The notes below the pieces were generated by a model. It was not told the origin of the DNA, did no database searches, and worked only from the letters and a program-made list of their open reading frames with translations. Source: Lingula anatina (Eukaryota > Animalia > Brachiopoda). Taken from it: a stretch of 64,000 nucleotides of DNA. The stretch lies in the NCBI GenBank assembly GCA_051362555.1, contig CM120646.1, positions 3,906,001 through 3,970,000 on the forward strand, read 5' to 3'. Shown one piece after another: positions 39,593 through 55,317 of this stretch. Numbering within the stretch: the stretch's first letter is position 1; each line of letters opens with the position of its first letter. The position numbers and the translations under genes are program-made.

Positions 39593-41664
39593 TCTTTCTA
39601 CTGGGGTCTGGGAGACCTCCCTGGTCCTCTCCCCCTCCCCTACAATGGTGGCGGCAGAGACTTGGAAGGTGTACATTCTGTTCTGTACCAGACCAGTGAC
39701 ACTGTAGCTAAGCTGGCTGGGAGGGACTTCCACACGGTCCAGGATCTCCTGGAGAAAAAAAAAAAAATAATAATAATAATTATAATAATAATAATAATAA
39801 CAATAATAATAATAATGTAATATATATGTAGACAGGCTGTAAAAGGGGCAGCACCAGTGGAAAGAGAAAATGTGGAAGAGGAGAACCATCAAGGCAGACA
39901 TGAAGACGACAGGGCTAGCCTGGAACACCATAGACTGACTGGGAGGGACCTCCACACGGTCCAAGATCTCCTGGAGAAATATATGCAAAGTAATTATGTA
40001 GGTGCAATGATTGCACCAGCAGTACTGGAAGCACAACTACCACAATCTCAGTCTCTCCACTTTTGATTTGCATAAGTGAGAAGTAGTCCACCTGACCTGC
40101 TAGCCTTTTCATTTTGGCAGACATTTGAAAGTGGTGAGACAGGCAGGACCTTAGCTTAGGAGACCTTAGAAGATAGTAAAAAAAAGTAAGCATATGACAT
40201 TTATGTTATTGTTTAAAAGTAATGTTATTCACACTTTATTGTTACATTGTAGGTGTATGTTTAAAATTAGAGAATGTACTGTTAGTGTTTGGTCTCACAA
40301 TACTCAATAGTGTTACAATAGTGTTAGCAATATCATATGTGAGGGAAACGTGGTTTATTCAACAGCCTCCATTTTTATTGCACTTAATTTTATTTAGGTT
40401 TTAACACTTAAAGTGAATGAGACTGAGTGTACATAGCCAACTTATTAAAGAAGTACGGAGTTAATGGTAAGTTTATGTTATGAAAATGTATAATTGCTTT
40501 GTTGGATATTCATATTCCTAATGGTGTGAGTCGTGAGGAGAGCTAACTGGATGTGTTATCAAAAACAAGCTGTCAAATTTATAAAATGATAAAAAAGTAC
40601 TTTAATTGTGTTAATGAGGAATTGACTGCCTTTAATAAACAGTGTTTGGAAATTGTATAATAACATGTAAATTTGGCTTAATGAGATTGTTTCATGAGAT
40701 ATTTATCATTTATTTATTTGTTATTTGTTTTCCTTATAGTTTCACGGTTGTTTGTTGATTCAGAAAAGAATAAAGAATACAGTACAACCTGTCAGCATTC
40801 CCTCTCTTACCTGTCTGACTACAAGTAATAATAATAATAATTTATTCAGCTTATTTTCAATTTAGACTGGCTGTAAAATGGGCACCATTTTGAAGGAGAA
40901 AAACATGCAGGTCCAGGAGAACGGGGAAGGGAACCAGCAAATGCAGAAGTGAAGACGTCAGGGCTAGACTGGAACACCATAGGCAAAGAAGCTCAAGAGA
41001 GAGAAAATTGGAGGTTTCTTTTGTCTGCCTTATTTGACCCTAGTCACGAATAGCGTTAACTACGTAGGTAAGTAATATCTATATACGTAAAATATACGTC
41101 AATGTATAACTCATTTATAATATAAAATAAAGTGTATTTCAGGAAAGATTCACTTCTTTTCTAAGTCATACATGCATTTAGTATCCACGCTTAGGCTTTT
41201 CTATAAAAGTGAAGATGAGCATATACATTTTTGACAGGGCTTACCTTTCCCGTGGCATCATTGTGCTTGAAGTAGATAATATATTTCTGTATTATTCCAT
41301 TTGGTCTCAGAGGCTTTTTCCATGTGATGAGTATGCTGCTCTCATTCATGGCAAGAGCTTTCACATCTGCTGGCTGACCAGGTTCTGAATACAAAATTAA
41401 AAAATGTCATTAGTTTATGGGATTATGTTGTTCATTGGTTATAAGAAGTCAAATTTGTTATGAAATTCCCTAATCCAAATGGTCAAATAGTGTATTCAAA
41501 AAGCAATGGATAAAATCAACTTATTTTTCTAGTTCTTCATAGACATAAACTCATACTCGTATAAAGATAAAAAGGCCTATCAAATATTGTACATAAAAGG
41601 TAATCTTAACCAGGTTTGAGTACTGGTATACACCAAGACACATATCTCCCTCTCTCTTTCTCCC

Positions 41665-41736
<72 letters not shown>

Positions 41737-44700
41737 GTGATAATTAACATACCATCCTGTTCAGTCCTGACATAGATGGGGGCACTGCGGACCCCCTCCC
41801 CCATTCTAGTGTAGGCCAGCACCTGCAGACTGTAGTTGGTGAACTTCTCCAAGCCGTGGATGTCTGCATTGATGTTCTTAGTGGTAATCACCTGGGCATC
41901 ACTTTCATCTGAAATAACAGGGAAGTAGTTCTTCTAAGTGTCTGAGTGTGACAGATGACATAAGAATAGCCACAAAAATATAGTGTCCAGCTAAAACATG
42001 TTAATTTAGTAAAAAAAAAAATCTAAAATTATAAAATAAAATGATCTTGATGCCATAAAGGCTGTTTACTAGTAGGATCTATCTCAGCAGGGATTCTCCC
42101 TTGGTACAGAAAATATAATCAGTTTACTTGTCTGGCACCCAACCTCGCAAAGCAACATCAACAACACCATGGACCACAAAGTTTTCCCAACTTTACCCAA
42201 ATACTACAACAGGAGTGGCCTACCTTCATCAGGGGTGACAGGCTTGTAGAGCACTTTGAACCCCAGCAGCACACCATTGAGGGTGTAGAAGGGGGGTGGT
42301 GCCCACAGAACCCGAATGCTGACAGAACTCAGGGGTGTGGCCTGGACACTCTGGGGTGGTCGGCTGGGCACTGGGAGTGAACAGAAGAATGTGTGAATGG
42401 ATGAAATTTATTTTTTATCAAATTTTGGGGAAAACTTGTCTCATTAGAAAATACTTCAATCTTGTTCTGTCTTTTTAAAGGGAGTACCTATAGAGAAAAA
42501 AACATGAAAATCTTGATAAGAGCTTTATATCAATTCTGCTGCCGACAACACCTGAACATGTACATAGAAGTAATTGTCTTGATGTAACACATTACCATAA
42601 ACTTATGTCTTACAATTTTATAACATCATCACAGTAGTATCTCTTTCTATGGCCCTGCCCACTAAACAGTGAGCAGCAAATCGCAATTAACTCACCATCC
42701 TCTAGTGTCATGACAACACTGTCAGGTGACTTAGGCCCTGCCCCCTCAGAATTAAATGCCTGGATGTGGAGCGCATACTTGGTAAACTTCTCCAAGTTGG
42801 TTATGGAGTAGTGCCGGGTGAAACCCTGACTGTTTTGTCTTGTGATGTAGATATAAGGTGTACTGCTGTTATAGATTTTGTAGCCAACGTAGTAGCCCTG
42901 GATGACGCCATTTTGGTGCTCTGGGAGTGGAGGCTGGAAAGTGAGTATCACAGTACTGTACCAATACGTAATGCAAGGACAAGAGGATTTTTTTTGTAGA
43001 AAAAAAAAGACAAGTAATACAAATAACAGTGAGATATTGCAGTGAGACATATTTGTAATTTTAAATTGTACCAACTGCCAAAAATGCAGTTTGGATGATA
43101 TGCTCAATGTTCTACTTAAAAATAAAAGGAAAGCATCTTTTGTGTACCTTAGAAATGTATAACAAAAGAAATATATAACAATATAACATGCATTCAAAGA
43201 TAAACAGTATTAATTTCATGTGTAAAAACTTGAAGCCACTTTATGAAAATCAAAGATATCTCACCTGCCATGTCACTTCCAGAGACTGTGAACCTGTAGC
43301 TTTCAGCTGTATGTCAGTGGGAGGACCTGACGGGGCTGGAACAGAATCATTTGGAATTGGAATCATTTGCACATTACACATTATAGGTGAAGAAAATGAA
43401 ATATTACTATTTCATCTTTAACAAATTTCACAGTAATTTAAGAGAATTCCATGCCTTTTTTCGTGTATATATTATTTGCCTTTTCAAGAAACAATGCTTT
43501 TTTCTTTGGTCACGCAGTGCACCATATCATAATTCTAAGAATAAAGAATAAAATCAACACCAAAAGAACTTCAAAGCAATTCAGTAATACATTTTTGTCA
43601 TCATCTTTCTAGTCAGAGTTTATACCCATACCATAATTAGTAAATTTTGAAATGATACATTTACAATACGTGGTAGAATAAGTATCATCTTTAAAATTCT
43701 TACCCTCCTCTCGAGTTGTAAAATTCACAACGTCACTTGGTAGACCCTCTCCCAGTTTGTTAACCGCGAGCATGCGGACACTGTAGTTATAGGCAGGGTG
43801 GAGACCATGGAGTGTTGCCACGGTAACATTAGGTAAAGTGGTCAAGTTCTTGGTATTGGGAGACCACACATCTGAGGAAAATAAAAAAAAATTAACAGTT
43901 GAGGTTAATCTTTTACATGAACAATTGTATTGATTTGCAGTATGGTTAGGTTACTGTTTAAAAAAAAATGTCAAGTGTCCAAACAAATCCTTAAAATACT
44001 TGAAAACTTAACTGTCATAACTATAACATATTTCAAAGTAATAAAACTAATAATCACATAATTCCTAATTGTAGAAGTTATGTTCCTAGTTGTGATGGCC
44101 AAAAATCTCTCAAGGAGGATTTCTGAGGATAAGCTTTAAAACACTGACATATTAAAACATTTATTTTACTGAATTTACCATCAAATCTTATTTCTAAGCC
44201 TTACCTGTAAAATTTTTGTACTGTATCACATAGTTGAGGAGAAGACTGTTGCCATTAAAAGGGGCCCTCCAAGATATACTGACAGAGCGGCTCCACTTCT
44301 CCCCCACTTCAACATCCACTGGAGGCTCAGGTTTTTCTGGAAATCAAATATAAGCATAAATTGGTTCTCTTTAAGGTGGATTTACACTGAAGATAAGTCA
44401 ACCTTTTTCTAATCTGCAAGAGGTGTGTACGTATATTCTGCCCTAGAGAAACCTTTCGATTTCTCTTCTCTTTTAGTTATCTGAATAAGATAAGTCGGTC
44501 ATTGGTGCCTAATTACCTAACACTGTAAGTTCAATCAGTAACGTATCATCCCCAAAGGCATTTTTGGCGATGCAGACATAAAAACCAGAATCTTCTCTCA
44601 CTGCAGGGTTGATGGTCAACTTGGTGGTGCGCCCTCTATCTGTGTTGTGTAGTATCACGGCAAGCCTGTAAAGATGAAAGAGAAGAAAAACATTTATTAA

Positions 44701-45958
44701 AATATGCAAAACTCAATGAACAAACCAGAAGCTCAGCTTTTACCCCTACAACCATCCAATTTTTAGTACTTACAATTATTTAATTTCCAACACAATCTTT
44801 GGATATGGAGATAGTCCTTTTAATAAACAAAACTCAAAACCAAGCAATTTTTATATCCCCAGGCCTTCAATATTACAGTAAAATTTCCCTCCTCTTCCAT
44901 TATATTATATTATATATTTTTTAACTCCTGCTCCCCTCCCAGCCAAATCATGGATCCACCAATATAGCACACCTCTGATTATTCTGCCAGTTCAGCTGTT
45001 CGCCGTTAAAACTCCAGCCAAGGGACATGGGCATGTCTCCAATAGCATCACAGCTGATGTTAATACTGGCCCCCTTCAGGACAGAGTGGTTCCTCTTGTT
45101 CTCATCAAATCTGGCTGGTACTGGAATGGGAATTGGGACAGAGATCAGTTTTTAATGTAAAGGTAGAAAATACAGTATATTGATAAAAATGATGGAGAAT
45201 TATTGAAAATGCATCTAGATATATGTCACATTATATTTGTAATATATACTCCCTTCAGAGTTTTAAATCTGATATCAGGAATGCCTACTTTGCTGTAGGA
45301 CTAAATACACAAATTAAATATATATTTTAGTTAACAAATTTTATCATGGAAATGTTATCATATTTCCCACAACAATATTTTGTCAGCATCTTTAGTTTTG
45401 AAAGTATAACCAAAAATGAAAAATCTTTAAAAAAATAAAATATTGGGGAAAAAAAGGATTCTCAAATTTCAGACTAATTACCATTATGATATTCAAGATT
45501 TAAAAATTTTTAAAAGCCCCACTTACTGTGTACATTCAGGAATACCACTTTGCTTAGACCCGTCCCGATTCCATTACTGGCATGACAGAGATAATACCCA
45601 TGATCCTCCTCTCTGGCCTGGTTGATGACCAGGGTGCCGTTGGAGAAGAGGTGGCGGTGGGGGCGGCCATTGGGCGCGGTTTCAGAGAAGTCCATCACCT
45701 GGTAGTTGCCAGGGTTTTCACCTGTAGAAAAATTTCAAGTGTGAACAGATAAAAAGGAAAATTTGCTTAAATTCCCAACATCTTCTTTTTACCCTTTTTC
45801 TTGTTTGTTTGTTTGTTAGCTATAAAATATCGAAGTCAAATACAAGATTTTTAATAAAGTGGAAACAATTTAACCATGTCACCTACGAGAAAAAGGACAA
45901 TTCTGAAATTTCCAGGAGTTATTCATTTATTTATTTCATTTAATTATTATTTTATTTT

Positions 45959-45991
<33 letters not shown>

Positions 45992-47630
45992 TTTTGCTAT
46001 TCAAATGTCTTATGAGTATAGTATGTCTTTAGTAAATTAAAATGATCATGACTATATATCACCTACCTTTGGCCTTCTTCCACATGACGGTGGGTTCTGG
46101 GGTACCTGTGCTCTGACAGTGAAGCAGCACAGTCTGACTGAGGACCACAAAAGAATTGGAAGGCTCCACAACCCAGCGAGGAGGCACTGAAAACAATACC
46201 AATTATAGTTATTTGTAATTCAAATAAAACAAGTCAAGGTATGTTGTGAAATTCTTTGCTAGAAGCATAGGAAAAAGGTGATTTTAAAAATTTACTGTAA
46301 ATATGCAACATATGTATATAAAGGCACACACTTAAAGGAGAGAGAGGGAGAGATGTGTGGTTACCATCTACATGCAGTTCAGCAGTGTAGTTCACCATGG
46401 CAGCACTGTTTTGAGCTATACAGGTGTAGTTGCCATTGTGTTGAGGGGTCACATCTCCTATCATCAAGGTGCTCATGTATGGACCTAGCCTCTGGAATAA
46501 TGAATAAAGTCATCATAAGGATTGCATTTAGGAAAACTGATCAATGATAAAATCCAATTAGAAAAAATATTGAATGATGGTATTTGACATTTATTTACAA
46601 TTCCTAAACTTACTTTGTCACTTGAGTGAGCAGGTCTTGTTAGACACAGCAAAGATCATTCAAAAATGCTGTGAGTGGTTGTGTTGGAAATTTAATTATT
46701 GTGAGAGAAAAAGATTTTGAAAAAAATTTGGACAAAGAAATATATTTTTTTAAATTTACAACTTAATTTGAATATTGCCTTAGTTTTAAATATACAGTTC
46801 TTTTGGGGCATTTAACTTACCTGGACAGTGATCCCCAGGTCAAGTGGAATGGCTTGACCATCCTTGAGCCAGCTCAGTGTTATTGGGGTATCTCCAGAAC
46901 TGACCATACAGGAGACCGACACACGGTCACCCTCCTTTCTTTTTGGGAAATTGAATCTGTCGATTCTGGGAGGTTCTGAAAAATATTTAAAAAATTAAAC
47001 TCTAAGACAGATTAAAAGGAGTAAAATACTGCAACCATGGAGTTGTTTGAAATTCCTGAGCAATTTCAATAGTTATCTTTCGTATGTCTGTTCTGGATGG
47101 CCATGCAAAGGAAATGGAAAGAAAAAGACAGTTGAAACTCCCTTAACAAATCCAACATAATAAAAATTTTAAAAATAAATTCATTATGAGGGTTCACTTT
47201 AAAATTAGTATTATAACATTAGACTCCAACAAAAAAATATGTTCAGTCCTTCTGTTGGAAGTGTGGATCATTATAAGGAAAATACTTCACAAGTAAGGTG
47301 ACCACAACAGAAAAACTTTCAAATGGAACACCAACTTACCCATGACTTGCACATGCACACTTCTGCTTGCAATTTGTCCCTTGTTGTTTGAAGCAGTGCA
47401 TACGTAGGCACCTTCATCATACGACTTCTGCACGTTCTCAACGGTGAGTACTCCTGCCGTGGACACTGCTTGACGGTGGTTAATAGGCAGGGTGTGACCG
47501 CCTGAAATAGCATCACATGCCTAAGTCACCATGGTTTCCATACAAAAGACTCAGCCTGGCTGGCACAGTGTATATTGCTATTATTACTTCATTTTATTTT
47601 TGTCTAGTACTTGAATAAATCAAAACACAA

Positions 47631-47674
<44 letters not shown>

Positions 47675-50600
47675 TCAAACTCAATTAATATCTGAAAATC
47701 TAAAATTGAAGTTTTCAATGTACAATGAATACATTCAGAAAACTCGCCACAAGTTGAAAATCTTAAAGATTTAATACCTTACCTTTGGACCACTCTATAC
47801 TCTGTAGAGGAAATCCCGATGCATAACAAGGTATCACAAGTTTATCATTGGCTACAGCGCTCACATTCTTCATGGGTCGTATGTAAGGCACTCCTGATTA
47901 AAAAGTGAAGCATAAGTTAGGGTTCAACTATTGCACCTCTATACAAAAACAGAACATTATTAATTACCAAACCTTATGTCAGAATTTAGGCACAGTAAGA
48001 GAGAGAACATGTGCTTGCTCGTAAATTACATTTCACTCGTTTTTAAAAGGGCAACAGATATGAACCAATACAATCAATACCAGCTAAGAAACAAGATGAG
48101 ACAAATTCTAGGTAATATATAATAATGATATAAAAAAGTAATTACAATAAAACAAACTTACCATAAATATTGAGTCGATTTTGATGGGCCAGACTACCGA
48201 CTTTGTTTTCGGCAAAGCAACGATATAATCCACCATCTTCAACTCTGAGGTCAGTAATGTTCACGTGACTAATGACGTCACCTTGTGGTGTGACGTAATA
48301 GCCCATGCGGAATCTGCCGTTCTTGGGGATCTCTCCCGCATCCAGTGTCCACGTGACATTTGGGATAGGGTTCCCGGATGCAATGCATTTAAGAGATATT
48401 GACGTGTGCTGCTGCATGTACTGCTCTTGAAACACTCCGTGAAACAAAGGCTTGGCGGCTAAGATAAAGAAAAATGTATTTCAAAAATAAAATCATGAAA
48501 TCTGTTTTTGAGCACTAATTCCACAAAGTAATTTACCGAAGAATTGCAAGATGAACACTGATTTTATTAGTTTACCTGTTTAATTAGTCCTTCAAAAGTT
48601 AATACTTGTAGAAAGCGCGAACAACGTAGGCCAACTCTACAGATTTCATTTTCGCATTCTGACGACTTTGTATGAAGAGTATTAACATATTGCCCATCTA
48701 ACAATTTTAAAGCTCATAGGCCCTAAACACTTATCCTTCAAAAACCTTCCTACCTCCCAAGTCCAGCTGTGCCGACCCCTGTGCATTGTCCTCCTCATTG
48801 GACGCCACGCACTGGTACATCCCCTTATCCATCCTCTGGACACTGGCCAATCGCAGCACGCGGTCATTTTCAAATGACACGTGGTCGTCTGCCGTAAGAA
48901 GGCGGCCATCCTTAAACCACGTGACGGAGGAGACAGGGTAGCCATGAATAGAACAGTTAAGAGACGCCGGGTCACCGCCGTCTATGGTTTGCCGTGTTGG
49001 AGTGACGCTAACTGATAATGGAGCTACAAGGAAGGTATTTTGATTTATTGATCATTATATTTTTGGGGTAAAACAGATTTTAGGTAAGAATATTGATGGA
49101 AAGCATTAGAAATCCTGATGGTTTGTTATTAACTGATGAGAAAATGTCCAATTTTTCAAATATTTGCCAGTTTCAGTTTACTTTAGTACCGTTGACGTTA
49201 GACGCTGTTGCAGTGCAGGTCCACACTTAATTAGTCTTGTTATATAAAGAGAGGCTACCCAAAAACTTCTTACCCGATATTGTAAGTTGCGTAGCTGCCG
49301 TTTTAGAGCCGAGCGTATTGGATGCCGTACAAATATACGTCCCTGAGTCGCTGGTGACTACGTTTCGTATCACAAGATTCCCTCCTCTCTGGAACACCTT
49401 GCTTTGGTCCGTGACGACTGCAGTGCCATCTTTTGTCCATGAATATCGCGGCAGGGGGTATCCAGTCGCTGTGCAGGGTAGCTCTACGGTGTGACCTTCT
49501 TGTAGTTTGATTTGAGATACTGTGTCTTGTATTTGTGGAGGACTGTTGATGATTGCTGTAGAAATGGTTCAAAAGTTAATTGCAAATTGAATTACAATAG
49601 TGCCCATACAGTGGATCATTTAAAATGACAAGCAAAGTGTATAATCTGGTGATATTTTATGAAATGAAATATATAAATGAAGCATAACCGGCACCTTGAG
49701 TGCTTGCCGTATATTACTGAAGCCTGAAGTATACACTGCTCATATGACATTGGCGCGGTTGGCATTTTGGCTTTTCAACGGCACCGAACTTGGAAGGTTG
49801 GCCTGTCGACGCCGAGCCAAAGTTGGCCACCCAACCAAGCCAATACTGGACCCAATGCTTGTATCAATGCCGTCTTACTATCTGGGTGGAGCATTTTGTT
49901 CTTACCTGATATGACGTTGAGGGAGGCGGGTAAACTGGCTTTTTGGTCTCCAGTCAAGACGTTGTTTGTTATACATCTATATGTTGACTGTGTGTCTTCG
50001 TCTCGAAAATTGCGTATGTGGAGTTCACCAGAGGGAAGGATACTGTATCTGTCGTCTAAAACGAAAGTAGATATGAGAGGTATGAAAACGAAAGTGAAAA
50101 GTGTTGAAGATTTTTTGTCATACAATATGTAGATTGTGTGTCATGCTGCTGTGTTCATGTAGAGCAAAAGGCGATAGAAAACTTATTTGTCTGATAAAAA
50201 GAAATTAAACACACGAGATAGGAGAACGAAAGTGTAAAATTTTAGACAAACGAAAGGTGTGATTTGTGACAACAAATACGTTATTTGCAATTCATCTTGA
50301 TGAAGTCCTTTTAGTTGCTGTACACTCTACCTGGTGATATCACAGTGTTCGACTTCCACCATCCCGTGATGTTGACGTAATCTTTAACGATGTACGGGTT
50401 GATCTCACAGCGGAACACGGCGGTCGTGCCTCTCATGGCCCACACATCGTTCACACGGACATTGTACGACTTGTACTGTTCTATTAGCACTACAGAGAAA
50501 ATAAAACAAAACGTATTATATTTTATGTTTTAATTATGAAACTCTTAAACCCCAAAAACCTAACAAAATATTTACAGATATGTGGTATACAACAAAAAGA

Positions 50601-52869
50601 TGGATTGGGAGAAGATTATCCTCCACTCGCAGTCGCGTCTCAGTTAACAGATGTAAGATATGTATTTGGGGATTAAGGGGACGTGCGCGTTGGCCGTTCC
50701 TCCTCTTTTGATCAGTGTGTTTAATTTAACAGCATTGCAACTAAACGCATTAAGGTGCAAGGTTGCTGACAGGGCCATATATACGTAACTCGACGCCGTA
50801 AGCCATTGTTTGAAGATAATACTGGGGGGGGGGGGGAACGAAAGTCACATTTAGACATCGAAGGCAAAAATTCTGTATATGCATAGCCTTATTTTTAAAA
50901 TAGTAAAGTTTACGGTATTGTGATCGATCTCCGGCACAGTTATCTGTTCGTGGTCAATGTGAACGTGGCCTGCAATTTGCCTTTCGAGCACAAACATTTC
51001 AAGACCCAGTTCTATCGACGAAGCATTTAGGAATCAGTGTACGTATTGAAATAATAATCGCCGATGCTTTTTACCCCCCAAGTCTTATTTAATGTTTAAG
51101 TGTGTTTAAATATACTCTTGCTGGAAGAACGTTAGTATTTGTATCTAGTTACTTCAACCCGTTTGCTTAAACGATTCTGAGCCGAGCTCCTTCTTTTCTC
51201 TTTATCTCCGCTAATTTCTTTGTCTACAAAGTCGAAGTGACTTGTCCAGGAAACAAATACTAAGATGATATGATACTGAAAGTTTCGCCCTGCAAGTAAA
51301 CAGAAACGCCTTGCTGCTGTAAATCTGAACTAAGTTGGCTCCTGATTATTTTTTTTTCGGCTTGCCAAACAACAAAATACAAAAACAATAAAACAGTCAT
51401 AAAGAAACTAAACTAAACGATATAATAAAACTTGAATCGCAAAAGAAATAAATCTGAAAGTGACTATATAATATTTGGACTGTTGCTCTTAATGCAGAGA
51501 CCAAACTCGATTTTAGTTTTTGGTCGACTTAAACAAAAAACAAAGGGACAATTAAGGGTTTTAAAAGGTTAATTACCCTAGGAGAGGACCATGGCCTGTG
51601 ATTATGGTATCTCCAAAACCTTTCAAAACGTATCTCTTTATCACAACACTGCGACATAATTTCGATGTTGACACTATTACTACTAATAACAACTGTTTGG
51701 GTAAAATAACATGACGTGTTTTGGTAATTTTCAGAAAACGAAATAGAGTTTTTTAAACAAAACCAAGTTTAATTTACTCGTCGAGAAGCAAGAATGGCAA
51801 CTCCATCAGGAGTAACGCACGTTTCTGTTCATTTCGATAATAAGCCTTAAAAAATAAAGAACGAAATTAATGAATCGAGATAAATCGAGAGGCGGAAATT
51901 GCTTAAGGGAAGTTAGCTAAGAGAGCTGGAACAAAGCAGCATAAAAGCGTTCGTTAGTCTTCATTGGGGCGGTTGAATTTAACGGTAATGCCAATAGCTT
52001 GAGGAATGTAAGTTCCATTGTCCCAAGTACGAGAGAAGCGGATGAAGTCGGAAATTGTTTTTACGAAAAAAAATCTGAAAAAATGAATGCAAGAAAAAAT
52101 CGTTTGAAATTAAATACGTAGTACGAGGCTTTTCCGCCGAAGATGTATGGAAGAGAGCTAGATAATGACTGCCATTGTTCTTTGGGTATACTCTTCCAAA
52201 AACCAAATAAAAAGAAAATCGTTCACAATTCAGTTTATAATACACAAACTTTTCTCCGCCTAATGACTGTTGTTCGACCGCCTGCATTTAGTCTCCGATG
52301 AAAGCACTTTGTCCTAATCGAGTGTTCGGCGCTGATTCAATACAAACAAGAATTCCCTGGAAACGCTTTACAATTTTACGTGAATAAGAAACACCATCCC
52401 TTTCGGACGTCCACGGCCTGTGACAACACGCACTGTAATTAAGCAGGCCTGTGACAATGGGGAGATGACAAACGACCTAACAATTAATTGCTGTTACTCC
52501 GATGTTGACCGAATCGAGCCGCGTTCGATTAATCAATCCATGTTTCACTACGGCTAATTAAGCCACCAAGAAACGCAAACCCTGAAACCATTAACCCTCC
52601 TTGTCCACGCCACGATGACCCCTGGCTAACCAGTAAAAATTGTTTTTAAATGGGACGTCTGGCCACTCGCCCCTGGTCAGCGGATATTTATGTTGTGTCA
52701 ATGCATTGTCCGTTATATGAAATTAATTCCACTACATAAGAAAAGATTGGTGGATACGTGTATCAGTTTGGTAGATACGTATGTGTTTATGGATGTTTGT
52801 GGGATGCAAAAGGGGGCGTCTGCACGTTTACGTTCCATAGTGCGCTCGACCTTTGTTTAGCGCGTGTGT

Positions 52870-52942
<73 letters not shown>

Positions 52943-52996
52943 GTTGATGGTGATAAAGCCAAAAACACAAAATATTTCCATAAAATGGGCAAGGTA

Positions 52997-53054
<58 letters not shown>

Positions 53055-53585
53055 AGGCAGGTGCGGCTTTTGTCTTCGGGACAATATTGCACCAATTCAC
53101 TCCACCTTATCATTCATTGATCAAAACACAAAAAAGAGTACACCAAAGAGAAAAAACATTTCCTGATACTGAATTATCCTTGAAATCACTGGTTTTCCAT
53201 AAATGTTTTCCGGCAAGCAAAAAATTTCCCCCAAATTCCACGTGTCCCGGAAACAGATACCGCTAATTTTCTGTCCATCATTGAGTTTTCAAAGAATTTT
53301 GGTGCTTGAATCTCTTTCCGTTCAATAATGTGACTACTGTGAACCTATCGCGTCTTGTCGTTCTCAATCCAGGACGAAATATTTAAGATTGGACGGGAAT
53401 ATACATGAACATATGTGTTCCAATTTGGTGCCTAGATTTGCCGTTTGCTGAGCTTTTTAAATTTTCTACAAAACGGAAACTTTGCAATTCAGGAATAGCA
53501 GATGTTGTTGAATTGATACTTAACGTCAAAAGGTCGATACAAGACGAAGATGGAAATTATGTGAGGTGCTTGTAAGACACAAAAA

Positions 53586-53624
<39 letters not shown>

Positions 53625-55269
53625 CCTCACAGAAGAGAAGAACCTTAGAAATGAAATATAGTTGTGATTAACGTACAGAAACCCTGATAAAAAATACCCT
53701 GACTTCTGGACAACTGTTGGATCCATTACTGACACTTGGCTTAACTTTATTTATTTTGTCCCATAATAAAAGCAAGCACAAATAAGGCAAAGAAGGTATT
53801 GAATACACTAAAAATCAAGGAAGATCATTTCTGAGAATGTCAGGAGATATCCCACTGAAAATGAAGACTCATTTAAAAGGGATCCCGTCTGCACGATCCA
53901 TATGTTTGCTCTTTCGTACGCGTTCGTGTCCTCGGTCAACAGTACTCCTATTCAGATTGGCGACGACCAATTGATATCTCCATACCTAGGATGTGCCCGC
54001 GGGTGGATTTCCACGTTTTTACCGGAAGTTTTTCCCGCCATTCTGGCACGCGTTCAGTGCATTGACCAAGATAAATATGTCTCAACGAAACCTCTGTTTA
54101 CTATCAATAAAAAGAACACAATGCAATGAACATGATGAATAGTGAAATAAACGCACGTAGCCTTAAGCTTCGGTCACATTGTTTTTGTCCTAGTTTCTTA
54201 ATGAATCAGTGACCGTTTACTTTAGCCCGATCTATTATAAACTAAGCGTTTTGTAAGGAATGGCAAAGTGTACTTTTGTGCAGCAAACGTGTGTTAAACA
54301 AAAACGTTCAGTCCTTGTTTGTGACAAAAATCAGCCCCGGGCGTTTCTTGGCCTTATCACTGTTTTTATTTAATTAATATCAATCTTGATTTTCAGTTTA
54401 CATAAAATATCAATTATAAAACTGCGTGTTTTTAAAGCGGGGAGTACAGCATGAATCTTCGAGATTCAAAGTAAAGGGCCAAGTCCCTGTCCAATGTAAT
54501 TGCAGGGCAAGATCGAAGCGTTTTTTAAGAAAAATCATGAATTTTTACAATCTGAAACCATAAATACCTGTCTGTACCTATCACTGAACATAACTGAATC
54601 ATGTCATACAACTAAGTATCTAAGAATACAGAATAAACATGTAGGTGTTTGTTTAAAATAAAAAATTCAAAACAGTGAGCAATGCACCGATTGACTAGAT
54701 CTGATGAAATTTACCAAGTGTCAGTCAGTTTTAGCCGCTCGAAGTAAAAAGTAGACAAAAGAGAGAGCTTGACATTTACAGCAGACGCCGATCGTTGTAG
54801 CAGTTTTAAAGCCTGCAAATGTCTCTGATTCTGGATATTGAAAAAGGGCCCACAGACACACGTACTGTATGACATTACAGACTTCCCGAGAACAAAGACA
54901 GCCAATCACTAATGGAGATCTAAGATAACAGTCAAGTACAACACCCTGCGACTCCCAGATCGAAATATCGAGTTAGAAGACGAGATTTCCCAATGCTCCG
55001 TTTCAATAATTGCGCGATACCATGTTCGTTTGAACTTTTCTCAAGGGAGATACAACCATTCCAACCATTATACAAGCAATATGTTATTAAGAGAGGTAAT
55101 ATGTTCTCTGGCATTAAGTGCATCAAATCAATCGGCGTTAATTTATTTTTCTGTAGGTCTAAAGACAAATTGATAGTATTGACACGGAAACTTCCAAGTC
55201 TCAAACGTCGATGATGACTTCATATCAGAGAGAAGCTGGAGAGTGCGCTGAACTGCTATTACCAAGACC

Positions 55270-55317
<48 letters not shown>

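Noticed and set aside
39755-41075. Reading the two related intronic segments as minus-strand SINEs with (ATT)n tails, or as alternative GPI-signal exons
   Set aside because: Plus-strand translation shows RTE ORF C-terminal motifs with the true stop and tail at 41051-41075. The 40862-41075 copy has no duplicated acceptor.
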